Shown one piece after another: positions 8,843 through 18,488 of a stretch of DNA of 64,000 nt. Position 1 is the first letter of the stretch, and each line of letters starts with the position of its first letter. The translations under genes and the position numbers were made by a program. Origin of the DNA: Candidatus Poribacteria bacterium (lineage in GTDB: Bacteria > Poribacteria > WGA-4E > WGA-3G); contig CAXXUA010000005.1 of the NCBI GenBank assembly GCA_963663765.2, positions 1,504,001 through 1,568,000 of the forward strand. Direction: 5' to 3'. A model generated the notes under the pieces. It searched no databases and was not told the DNA's origin. It worked only from the letters and a program-made list of their open reading frames with translations.

Positions 8843-10471
8843 ATGAGGTGTTTTTGGACTCAAGGTCCTGTCAATTCTCAAGAGCATTATGTTGTTTCGC
8901 GCACCGAAGAAATTGCAGACTATATCAACCGTGTGGAACAAGGCAAGTATGTTGTCCTTTTCGCACCACGGCAAACAGGTAAAACCACCTTCTTTAAAGT
9001 TGTCTTAGATAAACTTACTGCAGTTCAATCTGAATCTACTAAGCTCTTAAATTACTTTCCAATTCAACTAAATTTTGATATTTATAAAAACCTTGACCAA
9101 ACGACATTTTATAACCATTTGTACGAACAGATCAGTGAAGAAATAGAAATAGTTTTTCAAAAACGTGGTGTTGTTCCATCAGCGGATTTAGTTCAATTCT
9201 TGGATAACACAGCCTTATCAGATCATCTCTCAATGTTGTCGTTTTTTAAACGGTTCGAGAGTTTTCTAAACTCTGAATTCAATGGACAACAGTTTGTCAT
9301 TATCATTGACGAATTTGATGGTATCCCGCAAGTCGCAGTAAACGATTTCCTGCACACGCTCCGCCATATTTACATTGCAGGTAAACCACGGTGTCCACAC
9401 AGTGTTGGTATTGTTGGGGTTAAGAGCATTGCGCAACTCAACTATGACCGCTCAATTTCACCCTTCAATATCCAAGATGAGTTCCATCTACCCAACTTTA
9501 CACTTGGACAAGTACAGCAACTGCTTGCACAATATACGGATGAAGTTGGACAACCTTTTGAACCTGAGGTTATAACGTCAATTCATAAGCAGACTGCAGG
9601 ACAACCTATGCTTGTCAACAGATTGGCTCAGATTCTCACTGAAGAACTGGACATACCGAAAACTGAACCAATTACATTAGCACATTTTTCAAAAGCACAC
9701 GCACAACTCCTCCATGAAAAGAACACAAATATTGAGCATTTAACAACCAATATCCGAAGAGACGCACGCTTTGAAAGTATTCTGATGCGAATTATGGAAC
9801 GCGATGAAGGCGTTGAATTCAATTTGGACTATGACATCATCAGTGAACTTGCTACTTATGGTATAATCAAAGAATCTTCTGATGGTATGTGTGAAATTCT
9901 CAATCCAATTTATCTCTACCGCATCATGAGAACTTTTAAGCCAATTGTAAACGGTTTAGAAGAAGATTACTTATCCGAAGATAATAGCGACGGTTTTTCT
10001 GATTATCTCACTCCTGCTGGACACATTGAGATTGAAGCACTTCTTGATAATTTCCGAGATTTTATTGCACGTGTAGGATTCAGGATTTTACAAGTCCCCG
10101 ATACACCCCAAGAGTCGGTTGGTAGGCATCTTCTGATTGCTTATCTTGACCAGTTTGTTAAGCTGATTGGCGGGTTTTTGCACATTGAGGTGCAAACCGG
10201 CAGAGGTAGAATGGATATCATTATCACTCACAATCAGCGGAAATATATCGTAGAGACAAAGATTTGGAGAGGTGATAACCGTTATCAGTCAGGTAAAAAG
10301 CAGCTTGCAGTCTACCTAAAGTCTGAGGGAGTAACTGAGGGATACTATATCGTCTTTGATCATCGGGAGATTCCAGAGCCTCGGGAAGAGACTGAAACAA
10401 TAGACGGCTTGATGATTCGGAGTTATGTTATTCCTGTACTGCAGGAGCTGCCTTCAGGGGTTCTAAAGTAA
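8843..10471 (+). CDS. AAA-like P-loop ATPase with C-terminal PD-(D/E)XK nuclease domain
   Basis: APRQTGKT Walker A, IIIDEFD Walker B, SPFNI, GQPMLVN; C-terminal GRMDI..IVETK; ATG at 8843 follows GGAG. Confidence 0.88.
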   Translation: MRCFWTQGPVNSQEHYVVSRTEEIADYINRVEQGKYVVLFAPRQTGKTTFFKVVLDKLTAVQSESTKLLNYFPIQLNFDIYKNLDQTTFYNHLYEQISEEIEIVFQKRGVVPSADLVQFLDNTALSDHLSMLSFFKRFESFLNSEFNGQQFVIIIDEFDGIPQVAVNDFLHTLRHIYIAGKPRCPHSVGIVGVKSIAQLNYDRSISPFNIQDEFHLPNFTLGQVQQLLAQYTDEVGQPFEPEVITSIHKQTAGQPMLVNRLAQILTEELDIPKTEPITLAHFSKAHAQLLHEKNTNIEHLTTNIRRDARFESILMRIMERDEGVEFNLDYDIISELATYGIIKESSDGMCEILNPIYLYRIMRTFKPIVNGLEEDYLSEDNSDGFSDYLTPAGHIEIEALLDNFRDFIARVGFRILQVPDTPQESVGRHLLIAYLDQFVKLIGGFLHIEVQTGRGRMDIIITHNQRKYIVETKIWRGDNRYQSGKKQLAVYLKSEGVTEGYYIVFDHREIPEPREETETIDGLMIRSYVIPVLQELPSGVLK

Positions 10472-10759
10472 AATTGAGCACACTGTGAAGCCGAATAAGT
10501 AGCGTGTTTCAATCGTTCCTATATACTCAATTGTATCCCCCTTTGACCACGTAGACCTATCTTACCAAGCAACATACTGATATTATGAACCCTCTTTCCT
10601 AAGTCTGTAGTAGATGCAGTTACTGGGGCAGCAAAAGAGAGGGTTGAGCAGATTCTGTTTATAGAGTTGTACGAACAAGAATCTTCTTGATAATTGGTAG
10701 AGATTGGGTTATCATAATTTAAACGCTTCACTTCCGAAACAAATTCTTAGGTTTTAAAA

Positions 10760-12592
10760 ATGTCAGCAGATCTTACAATCTATTGTTTAGATCAAGTCAC
10801 AGATTACTTTGATTTTGAACGACTCTGCCATGACTTGATGGCTCGGGAGGGATATAGTTCTATTGAACCTCTTGGAAACTTCAAGGATAAAGGACGAGAT
10901 GCTATTCACGTAAACGAGTCTGATAAAACTACTATATTCGCGTATAGCGTTCGTGAGAACTGGCGGGTGAAACTCACCGAAGACGCGGAAAAGGTGCGTA
11001 AATATCAGCACACCTGCAACCAGTTTATATTCATTACGACTGCTAATTTCACAGCAGGTGAAAGGGACGAGGCAGTTGCAAATATTAAAAATGAATTCGG
11101 TTGGCAATTGGAACTCTTTGGTGTCGAACGCTTGCGAATTCTTCTTGACGTGTGTCATTCTCAGATTAAGAGACTACACCCAGGTATTTTCCCTCCAGAA
11201 TTTCTTGCAGTTCAAGATCGGATTGATAACTCAACAGAACGGCATCATCTTTTTATTAGTTGTGTTAGTAAAGATGGAGTGTTTGCAGATTGGTTAACTA
11301 GGAAGTTAACATCAGAAGGGTACCTTATATGGTGTGAACGGTTCAAGCTGCTTGGAGGTGAGACGTTTCCCGATGATATTGACGACGCAATTAAAAATAG
11401 AACTCTCAGATTTTTAGGTTTGTATTCAGAAGCGTCGATCAAAAATCAAGAGGTAATGCGCCAAAGATCGCTTGCTCTCAGCATGAGAAGTGAAGGTATT
11501 CAAGATTTTCTTATACCCTTGGATGTAGATGGTGTAAATCAGGAGCAGTTAGACAGTGTTACAAAGACATTGCAATTCGTTTCGTTTAAAGACAATTGGG
11601 CAGATGGACTAAAACAATTGCTAAAAAAACTGGAATCTATTGACTGTCCACCATTATTACCAAACGGAAAACGTATTGTTGCAGGAGCATTTTTAGGAAA
11701 TGATGTTCGATCGGACGAGGAAGAAACCCTATATTCAAATTGCTTACGAATTCTCCAGATACCGGAAATTATCCATCGTTTCACAGTAGAGGATGCAATC
11801 CCAAAGGAGAAACGTAATGAACTCAAGTCTGAATGGAGTTATCGAAAAGTTGATACAAATACATTGCTTAGTTTTCATAAGCCTCCTACTTCAATTGTTG
11901 AAGAGTACCGCGTGAATGAAATGGGAGGAGCTATATGGGCAAACACTACGAAAATAGATGGAATTTCGACATTTAACTTGGTGTCTGAACTTATCCGGAA
12001 AGCCTTGATTGTGAAGTGTCATCAGAAAGGCTTGCAATACTGCCATGACGCGAAGCTAGTTTATTTTCCTTCAGACCTTGTGGAGAAAAACCGACTTTAC
12101 TTTACTCGTCCTGATAGTAATTCAAATACCCATGTCCTTTCTAATGGAAAAAGAAAACATCCATCAGGTGGTGAATATTTATATACGCTTGCTCCCGACT
12201 TCTATGTACGTCAAGATCTTTTTGATGATTTCACAGTTCTAATTCGCATACGTGTTCGTCTTTCAGACATAGCGGGTAAAGCCTTCACTACTAAAAGTAA
12301 GATTAATTCACGAAGAAAAAATCTATGTAAATACTGGTGGAATAAGGATTGGCTTAACCGAACTTTGGCTGTTAGTCAATTTCTCGCGGATGACGGAAAG
12401 ATAATAATTGGTGAATTGCAAGACGCGCAAATCATCATTGATGCAAATCCGTTACAATTAAATGTTCCAATTGGAATTAACGAAGAGGTCTTTGATACAC
12501 TCAGTTCTGAACGTTCAGAATTGCTCAGCATCTATGATGAAGAAGAGTATTTAGACGAATATATTAGTGATGGTGAAATTAACGATGGATAA
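10760..12592 (+). CDS. REase(Mrr-like)-TIR-APAZ protein, partner of the short pAgo
   Basis: aa1-150 FERLC..DKGRD..W..K REase-like; aa163-300 LFIS..FADWL..KL..EGY.IWCE..FLIPL..W..GL TIR; aa320-600 EETLYSN ... RRKNLCKYWWNKDW APAZ; acidic tail as in SPARTA TIR-APAZ. Confidence 0.88.
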   Translation: MSADLTIYCLDQVTDYFDFERLCHDLMAREGYSSIEPLGNFKDKGRDAIHVNESDKTTIFAYSVRENWRVKLTEDAEKVRKYQHTCNQFIFITTANFTAGERDEAVANIKNEFGWQLELFGVERLRILLDVCHSQIKRLHPGIFPPEFLAVQDRIDNSTERHHLFISCVSKDGVFADWLTRKLTSEGYLIWCERFKLLGGETFPDDIDDAIKNRTLRFLGLYSEASIKNQEVMRQRSLALSMRSEGIQDFLIPLDVDGVNQEQLDSVTKTLQFVSFKDNWADGLKQLLKKLESIDCPPLLPNGKRIVAGAFLGNDVRSDEEETLYSNCLRILQIPEIIHRFTVEDAIPKEKRNELKSEWSYRKVDTNTLLSFHKPPTSIVEEYRVNEMGGAIWANTTKIDGISTFNLVSELIRKALIVKCHQKGLQYCHDAKLVYFPSDLVEKNRLYFTRPDSNSNTHVLSNGKRKHPSGGEYLYTLAPDFYVRQDLFDDFTVLIRIRVRLSDIAGKAFTTKSKINSRRKNLCKYWWNKDWLNRTLAVSQFLADDGKIIIGELQDAQIIIDANPLQLNVPIGINEEVFDTLSSERSELLSIYDEEEYLDEYISDGEINDG

Positions 12593-14087
12593 ATCAATTA
12601 TTGTTCTTAATGAACCAGAATTGGAATTTGGTTATGCACAGAGGATGACTGATCCACGTGATGGCTTAGCGATATTCGGTCCATATGATATCAAGTTGTC
12701 GTCACAGCCAGGGAAACTACCGCACATAGTCATTGGAACAGAGAAAGGAATAAATGATTTTAAAAAGTGGGCAGATATTATGAACCAGCCAGCGATTTTT
12801 GCTCCAAAAGGCAATCAAAGGCTTTGGCCTCCATTTCCTGGGTTTGAAGCCGCATTTTGTACGCAGTGGTCTAGTGAACCTGTTAAGACTTATCCAATTG
12901 ATCAGAATCAATTAATTAAGACTTCTCGTTATTCAGATAGGTATAAGCGGGTGTCTGGAGTTGTAGATTTTTACTTAGATCAATTGAAAAAAATAGACAT
13001 ACTTGATGAGAACATAGGCTTGGCAATCTGTGTAGTTCCTGATGAAATATGGCAAAACTGTCGTCCTGAGTCTAATGTTTCAGACTCAATTGGTGAGCGA
13101 ATCAATGCTAAAAGAATAAAAAGCAGAAAGGCTGGACAACTTGAGTTTTTTGATGAATTCAATCAAGAACAGTATAACTTTTCTACTGACTTTCGACAAC
13201 AATTAAAAGCGCGTGCAATGCAATACGGAATACCTCTGCAAATTCTACGCGAATCCACATTACGGTTGACAGATAGAAATATATTTAGAGAACGTTCTCT
13301 TACCCCACTCTCAGACCGAATGTGGAACATAAGCACGACACTTTATTATAAATGTGGTGGCAAACCATGGCGTCTTGTAACTGCTCGTGAAGGGGTTTGC
13401 TATATCGGGATTGCTTTTCGTCGTACTGATAAATCAAAAGATGGAAAAACTGCTTGTTGTGCAGCTCAAATGTTTCTTGATTCTGGAGATGGTATAGTAT
13501 TCCTTGGTGAATATGGGCCGTGGTATTCGTTAGAAACTGAACAATTTCACTTAAGTGAAGCTGCAGCATATAGTCTTTTAACTGGTGTTTTGGATACATA
13601 CAATAAACTTGAGGGTAAACAACTTAAGGAAATATTCCTACATTCACGTTCTGAGATTAGTAAGTCTGAGTTCAGAGGCTATCAGAAAGCTTGTCCACAA
13701 GATACAACCCTTGTAGGTGTAAAGGTGCGTCCGGATCGACTTGGTCCGAGATTATTCCGTACAGGCATGATGCCAGTTCTTAGAGGTACATTTTGGAGAC
13801 TTGATAATCGTTCAGGTTTTTTGTGGGGAAGTGGATTCAAGCCACGAATTGCGACCTATGATGGATGGGAAACGCCCGTTCCATTACGTATTGATATTCA
13901 ACACGGCGATGCCCCAATAGAAAGAGTGGCACAAGATATTTTTGGATTAACAAAGTTGAACTACAATGCATGTCATCTTGGAGAATCTCAACCTGTTACC
14001 GTTGGTTTTTCCAATGCTGTTGGAGAAATCTTGATTTCGAATCCTACTGTTTCAGTCCGAAGACCGCAATTCAAGTTTTACATATAA
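12585..14087 (+). CDS. ago: Short prokaryotic Argonaute (MID-PIWI, catalytically inactive), SPARTA-like clade
   Basis: EPELEFG..DPRDGLAIFGP, FPGFEAAF, QLKAR, QILRESTL, YYKCGGKPW, CCAAQMFLDSGDG, LTKLNYNAC, C-terminal FKFYI; ATG at 12585 overlaps the upstream stop by 8 nt. Confidence 0.95.
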   Translation: MDKSIIVLNEPELEFGYAQRMTDPRDGLAIFGPYDIKLSSQPGKLPHIVIGTEKGINDFKKWADIMNQPAIFAPKGNQRLWPPFPGFEAAFCTQWSSEPVKTYPIDQNQLIKTSRYSDRYKRVSGVVDFYLDQLKKIDILDENIGLAICVVPDEIWQNCRPESNVSDSIGERINAKRIKSRKAGQLEFFDEFNQEQYNFSTDFRQQLKARAMQYGIPLQILRESTLRLTDRNIFRERSLTPLSDRMWNISTTLYYKCGGKPWRLVTAREGVCYIGIAFRRTDKSKDGKTACCAAQMFLDSGDGIVFLGEYGPWYSLETEQFHLSEAAAYSLLTGVLDTYNKLEGKQLKEIFLHSRSEISKSEFRGYQKACPQDTTLVGVKVRPDRLGPRLFRTGMMPVLRGTFWRLDNRSGFLWGSGFKPRIATYDGWETPVPLRIDIQHGDAPIERVAQDIFGLTKLNYNACHLGESQPVTVGFSNAVGEILISNPTVSVRRPQFKFYI

Positions 14088-14634
14088 TTTTTCCAACCTT
14101 CATAAAGTCTCCCTCTCCAAACAAATTCAGCTGTCCACCAGTGATGCGATCAATTACCTGTTCTTGCGTGATTTGTTCGCTGTTTTCGTCGATGTGAATC
14201 ACAGGTAAGTTCTGATGCGTTAGAGTAGTACTAATGAGTTTAGTTCGGTGGCAATGCTCAGGTTTCCCTTCAGCACACATCAGTGCAATGCGCTGTTGTT
14301 GCGAGAAAGCAGTGTGCAGACGTTCAATACCCCGCTGATAGAATTCAGCAATATTCACCTTTTCGTAGTCAACCATTCCGTTGACATAACACGACTCATC
14401 GTCAGGTTTCCCACCCAGAAGATCTCCCATAAAGACATATCGGATACCATGTTTTTCCACTTCATTTGCAAGCGGCTTTTTGGAGAATTCCGGCTTATAA
14501 CTTGAGTGCGGAACTGAACGGACATCTATGAGATATACGATCTCGTATTGTTGTAACACTTCAATAAACTCCGCTATTGAACGGCTTCCATACCCTATCG
14601 TCCAGATTGGAATGATGTCTGTTTTGTTTTTCAT
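14071..14634 (-). CDS. Second, near-identical copy of the first-type DUF488 gene with an altered C-terminal tail
   Basis: 14107-14652 matches 7710-8254 with a 1-nt insertion near the 3' end; overlaps the pAgo 3' end by 17 nt. Confidence 0.85.
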   Translation of the reverse strand: MKNKTDIIPIWTIGYGSRSIAEFIEVLQQYEIVYLIDVRSVPHSSYKPEFSKKPLANEVEKHGIRYVFMGDLLGGKPDDESCYVNGMVDYEKVNIAEFYQRGIERLHTAFSQQQRIALMCAEGKPEHCHRTKLISTTLTHQNLPVIHIDENSEQITQEQVIDRITGGQLNLFGEGDFMKVGKIICKT

Positions 14635-14643
14635 GATAGATAG

Positions 14644-14672
14644 ATAATAGCATATTAGGAGTGAATTTTCAA
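14644..14672 (-). promoter_or_regulatory. Sigma70-type promoter for the second DUF488 copy
   Basis: TTGAAA-17 bp-TATTAT with extended TG; same geometry as 8246-8274. Confidence 0.55.
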
Positions 14673-14880
14673 CCGATATTCTCTTGCGAAATATACACAA
14701 TTTGACAAACAAGTCCTTTATCTGGTAAAATAGTAAAAGTTGTTTGTATCTTACCGCTTTTTCTTAACGTAGTTGAATTAACGACAAACCCTCTCTGAAA
14801 GTATATCTACTCAAATTTAGAATTTAATTTCTGTTGCTTCTGATGGAAATTCTGCTGACAAACGTAAATTGAGGTAAATA

Positions 14881-16020
14881 GTGGCTAAGAAAAAAAACCG
14901 AAACAATGTAGCATTTGTTATATCTTTAGTGATACATTTCGTTTTGATATTAGTATTATCACCATTTCTTTTGAAACAATTCAATGAGAAGGAAGACGAT
15001 TTGTCGCTTGTCATTTTTCCGATGGGTACTGTTGAGCAAGTGAAACGTCTTATGATGCGTCAGAATAAGTCGTTGCAACCTATCCGCAATCTTGATAGTG
15101 GCTCAACAGCACCATCGCTTGCTGCACCGAAGTATTCTCCAGAGATGGATCCGCCTAAAGCGTTGTACTACGATGAATATGCGCCGGAAATCGTGACTGT
15201 AGTTGATATTCCAAAAACGAAATCCTTCACACTTCCGAATAAGAGTTTTGGAACAGAGGAAGCATCATCGGGACCTGTTGTCATTCCTGAGTTCCGTGGA
15301 GCAGGTGGAAGAGCGATTGGACCTGGTCGTGGCAAGGGGACAGGTCGGAGTGGAACAGGTGCAGGTGGTGGTAGTAGTGGTCTGGTTAATAGATTGTCTC
15401 GCATTGATAAACTTGACGATCTTGCTTCCATAGAATTAGACGATGATATAATGGGGCTGGGTATCTTTGAAACCGATGTAAATCCAGGGCATGGATTACT
15501 GGGTCAAGTGTATATCCCAAATGAACCTATATTCATGATGCCTAATTTCAAACGTTTAGATCCCGTTTATACGTTTGCAACAGCATATTTGAATGTATCT
15601 CCGAGAGATTATACAGCGGGTTTTCCGACCCCCCAGAAGCAGAAAGTGCTTGAGGATTTCGCCATTCGTTTTTTTGGAAAATTAGCAGTTGTGACTCCTG
15701 GCACTTATATTTTTGAACTTTACTCTGATGATGGTGCAAAGTTATTCATCAATGGACATTTAGTAGTTGATAATGATGGGGTGCACCAACCCCGAAGAAA
15801 ACGTAATCATATTAGACTGACTGCGGGTTTGCATGCTGTTGAGATACAGTATTTTCAGGGGCCTCGTTTTCAAATAGCACTACAATGGTATTATAAACCT
15901 CCGAACCAAAAGCTTCAGATTGTACCACCAGAGGTAATCTTCAGTCCGGGTAAACATGATCTGCCAGTTGTGATGAGAAAGGTAAAACAGCATTTGAGAT
16001 TAAAAGACATTTTAAATTAG
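14881..16020 (+). CDS. Membrane-anchored PA14-domain protein
   Basis: N-terminal TM helix, Gly-rich linker, SDDGAKLFING..DNDGVH..GLHAVEIQYFQG. Confidence 0.85.
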   Translation: MAKKKNRNNVAFVISLVIHFVLILVLSPFLLKQFNEKEDDLSLVIFPMGTVEQVKRLMMRQNKSLQPIRNLDSGSTAPSLAAPKYSPEMDPPKALYYDEYAPEIVTVVDIPKTKSFTLPNKSFGTEEASSGPVVIPEFRGAGGRAIGPGRGKGTGRSGTGAGGGSSGLVNRLSRIDKLDDLASIELDDDIMGLGIFETDVNPGHGLLGQVYIPNEPIFMMPNFKRLDPVYTFATAYLNVSPRDYTAGFPTPQKQKVLEDFAIRFFGKLAVVTPGTYIFELYSDDGAKLFINGHLVVDNDGVHQPRRKRNHIRLTAGLHAVEIQYFQGPRFQIALQWYYKPPNQKLQIVPPEVIFSPGKHDLPVVMRKVKQHLRLKDILN

Positions 16021-16036
16021 TAACAGATTTAATATT

Positions 16037-16768
16037 ATGCGAATTGTAATTATTGTAACCGTTTTTATAACTATATTTTTCCCAGATGTGCTTCGGAATT
16101 CTGATGCTCACCACGAGTATGAGTTTACCTTTGTTCGTCTGCAATATGATGGTAGGCTTACTCAATTGAGCAATTGGGAAGTAGATTATCCCGCATCGGA
16201 CCGAAATTTCATCTACCAACTTGATAAACAAACCACTATTGATGTTGCTCCCGATAGTATTAGCATTCCAGTTGGGTCGGAGGCGTTATTTGATTATCCC
16301 TTTTCCTATATATTGGAAGTTGGGAGTATGCGTCTAAAAAAGAAAGAAGCAGCAAACTTACGTGAATATATGCTACGCGGAGGTTTCATCTTTGTGGATG
16401 ATTTCCACGGTGGAATAGAATGGAACAGGTTTTATACGGAATTGAAAAAGATATTTCCCAATAAGGAACCTGTGGACATTCCAATTACGCATCCTATTTT
16501 CAGTTGTTTCTACAAGATAAAAGAACTGATTCAGATACCGGGTTTACGTGCGCTTTATAGTGGTCGGACGTATGAACGTTATGATGGACATCCTGCTCAA
16601 TATCTTGGTGTGTTTGACGATAAGAATCGTCTGATGATGTTAATATGCTATAATTCGGATCTTGGTGATGCGTGGGAACACGCTGCGATGCCATCTTATC
16701 CGAAAGAGTATTCAAATATTGCATTGAAGATTGGTATCAATGCTGTTGTCTATTCGTTGACGCATTGA
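16037..16768 (+). CDS. DUF4159-domain protein
   Basis: WEVDYPASDRN, LREYMLRGGFIFVDDFHG, DLGDAWE, GINAVVYSLTH. Confidence 0.88.
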   Translation: MRIVIIVTVFITIFFPDVLRNSDAHHEYEFTFVRLQYDGRLTQLSNWEVDYPASDRNFIYQLDKQTTIDVAPDSISIPVGSEALFDYPFSYILEVGSMRLKKKEAANLREYMLRGGFIFVDDFHGGIEWNRFYTELKKIFPNKEPVDIPITHPIFSCFYKIKELIQIPGLRALYSGRTYERYDGHPAQYLGVFDDKNRLMMLICYNSDLGDAWEHAAMPSYPKEYSNIALKIGINAVVYSLTH

Positions 16769-16798
16769 TTTTAATTCATTTTCAGTAGACGTCTAATT

Positions 16799-18199
16799 TC
16801 ACCTCTGTTTTGATGTGTCGCAAATATCGTATACCATCTGTTCTAACAAGACTGCCCCATCCAATCCTGTTGTTATCAATTGTATTTCCACTTCTAAGGT
16901 TTTTTCCAAAGCCGTAATTAATTCCTCAGTGGTAAAAGAATGTAACGCTTGAAAAACTTTGTATGCAGGATATGGACTTCCCTTTAAGACATTTCGTGAA
17001 GCCGAATTAGGTAGTATTTCATTCAATTCTTGTGCCATTGGTTCAAATACTTTTTTTATGAAATCGTTGTAGCGTGTGTGTCTGCTAATCGGTTTCAATC
17101 CTTTTCTTTTTGCAATGAGTTTTGCTTGAAGCATTGACCGTAAATAGGTGGCAATGGGTGAGATGATTCGGAATGGTGTTTCACCGCTTGCTAACACTTC
17201 TCTTAGGCTTTTCAATGCCTGCCGTGTTGACCGTTTTCCGATTGCATCGGTAAGGTCAAAAATCCCGTCAAAGGTCGTTTGTGTCACAAGGTTTCGGACA
17301 TCATTTTCATCGATCTGTTGTTTTTCCCCGACAAAGTTTATGATCTTGTTGATTGATTCGGCGATTGTGTGCATGTCGCCACCGGTACGATTACGTAGTT
17401 GGTTAAAAGCTCGCGGCGTTATTTTCTTATTGTATGTAGCGAACTTTTCCACTACTTTTTTGTAAAGCGGGTCTCGATTTAGTGTCGTGCTTTTCTCAAA
17501 AGGATCAAAAGTGGCATACCTACCAACTTGTTGGATCACTTTCGCAATTCGGTTTCTTTCACTCACCTCATCCTTTACCGTAAAAATTAGCACACTGCTT
17601 TTGGGCAGGTCACCTTGTAACCATTCTAACAATAGGTCTGTATCGTCGTTGCTGGTGTTTTTTTCTGAATGCACTTCAATTTGTGCTCCGAGTTTTGGTA
17701 GCCGTGTGAAGAATGTGCGTATATCACTGGTGAGTCCAGCTCCGAGAGTTTCGCTGATTTCATCTATGGAACTGCTGAAGTCTGGGTGTGTATCTGCGAT
17801 TTGTTGTGTGGAAACCCCAAGAATTTTCGCCATTTCTGCAACACATTTCTGAACGTCTTCAGATTCAAGTTGCATTGCCTTTTGTATGCTTGTATGTGGA
17901 GAGGTGCTTTTATTCTGTGATTTAAATGCGGGAAAATCATCTACGACTACCACTCGCCAATCGGACATTACAGGATAGAGATCGGCGTTGCTGAGAATAT
18001 CTCTAACAGACACAACGTTTCCATCTAAGATAGAGAGATTGAAATCTCGTGTATCTGATGGCAGCAGTTTTTCCAGCATCTGTTTGAGGGTGCCTTCAAT
18101 AAGGAAGGTTTCCTTACCACAGAGTAGATAAACAGGTTTTGTCTTGTTATCCTCTATTTCCTTGAGGATATTTACTTTTGGTGCGGGTTTCTGTTTCAT
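16799..18199 (-). CDS. holA: DNA polymerase III delta subunit (with insertions)
   Basis: PVYLLCGKETFL, RDFN, PVMSDWRVVVV, IFDLTDAIG; 466 aa. Confidence 0.85.
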   Translation of the reverse strand: MKQKPAPKVNILKEIEDNKTKPVYLLCGKETFLIEGTLKQMLEKLLPSDTRDFNLSILDGNVVSVRDILSNADLYPVMSDWRVVVVDDFPAFKSQNKSTSPHTSIQKAMQLESEDVQKCVAEMAKILGVSTQQIADTHPDFSSSIDEISETLGAGLTSDIRTFFTRLPKLGAQIEVHSEKNTSNDDTDLLLEWLQGDLPKSSVLIFTVKDEVSERNRIAKVIQQVGRYATFDPFEKSTTLNRDPLYKKVVEKFATYNKKITPRAFNQLRNRTGGDMHTIAESINKIINFVGEKQQIDENDVRNLVTQTTFDGIFDLTDAIGKRSTRQALKSLREVLASGETPFRIISPIATYLRSMLQAKLIAKRKGLKPISRHTRYNDFIKKVFEPMAQELNEILPNSASRNVLKGSPYPAYKVFQALHSFTTEELITALEKTLEVEIQLITTGLDGAVLLEQMVYDICDTSKQR

Positions 18200-18228
18200 G
18201 AGGACAAACTGTTCCCTGTTGGTATTGC

Positions 18229-18411
18229 TCAGGTTGAGTTATCTTTGCTGGTTTGCTTTTGCGTTCCCCTTGCTGCGAATACGGAGAGATGTTTTGTTAT
18301 ATCTTGTGTGCAGCATATCGGACATTTTGGGGATTTTTTCGTGTTATTTGTGCGTTGAAATATTTCAAACTTATGCTTGCAGTTGTTGCATTGATATTCA
18401 TATAGCGGCAT
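18229..18411 (-). CDS. FmdB-family zinc-ribbon protein
   Basis: MPLYEYQCNNC..FE..CPIC. Confidence 0.9.
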   Translation of the reverse strand: MPLYEYQCNNCKHKFEIFQRTNNTKKSPKCPICCTQDITKHLSVFAARGTQKQTSKDNST

Positions 18412-18488
18412 AGTTTTTCCTCAAAGGTTTTCAATTGGCAGGTGGTTTAATATCCTTATAAGTCTATAGTTCGATTTTTCTTAAAATG

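Noticed and set aside
3749-10452. Diversity-generating retroelement template/variable repeat pair (also considered for 60722/63530)
   Set aside because: No reverse transcriptase in the window, differences are not confined to adenines, and the first repeat is over 600 bp.
10519-10731. 70-aa minus-strand ORF between the AAA gene and the TIR-APAZ gene
   Set aside because: No recognisable motif or RBS; more likely intergenic or remnant sequence.
10760-14087. Calling the locus a canonical SPARTA
   Set aside because: The extra N-terminal REase-like domain and the apparent Glu-to-Gln change in TIR argue against assuming NADase output.
16799-18199. Unusually long HolA as a novel protein
   Set aside because: Core delta motifs are in order; the extra length looks like lineage-specific insertions with no further evidence.
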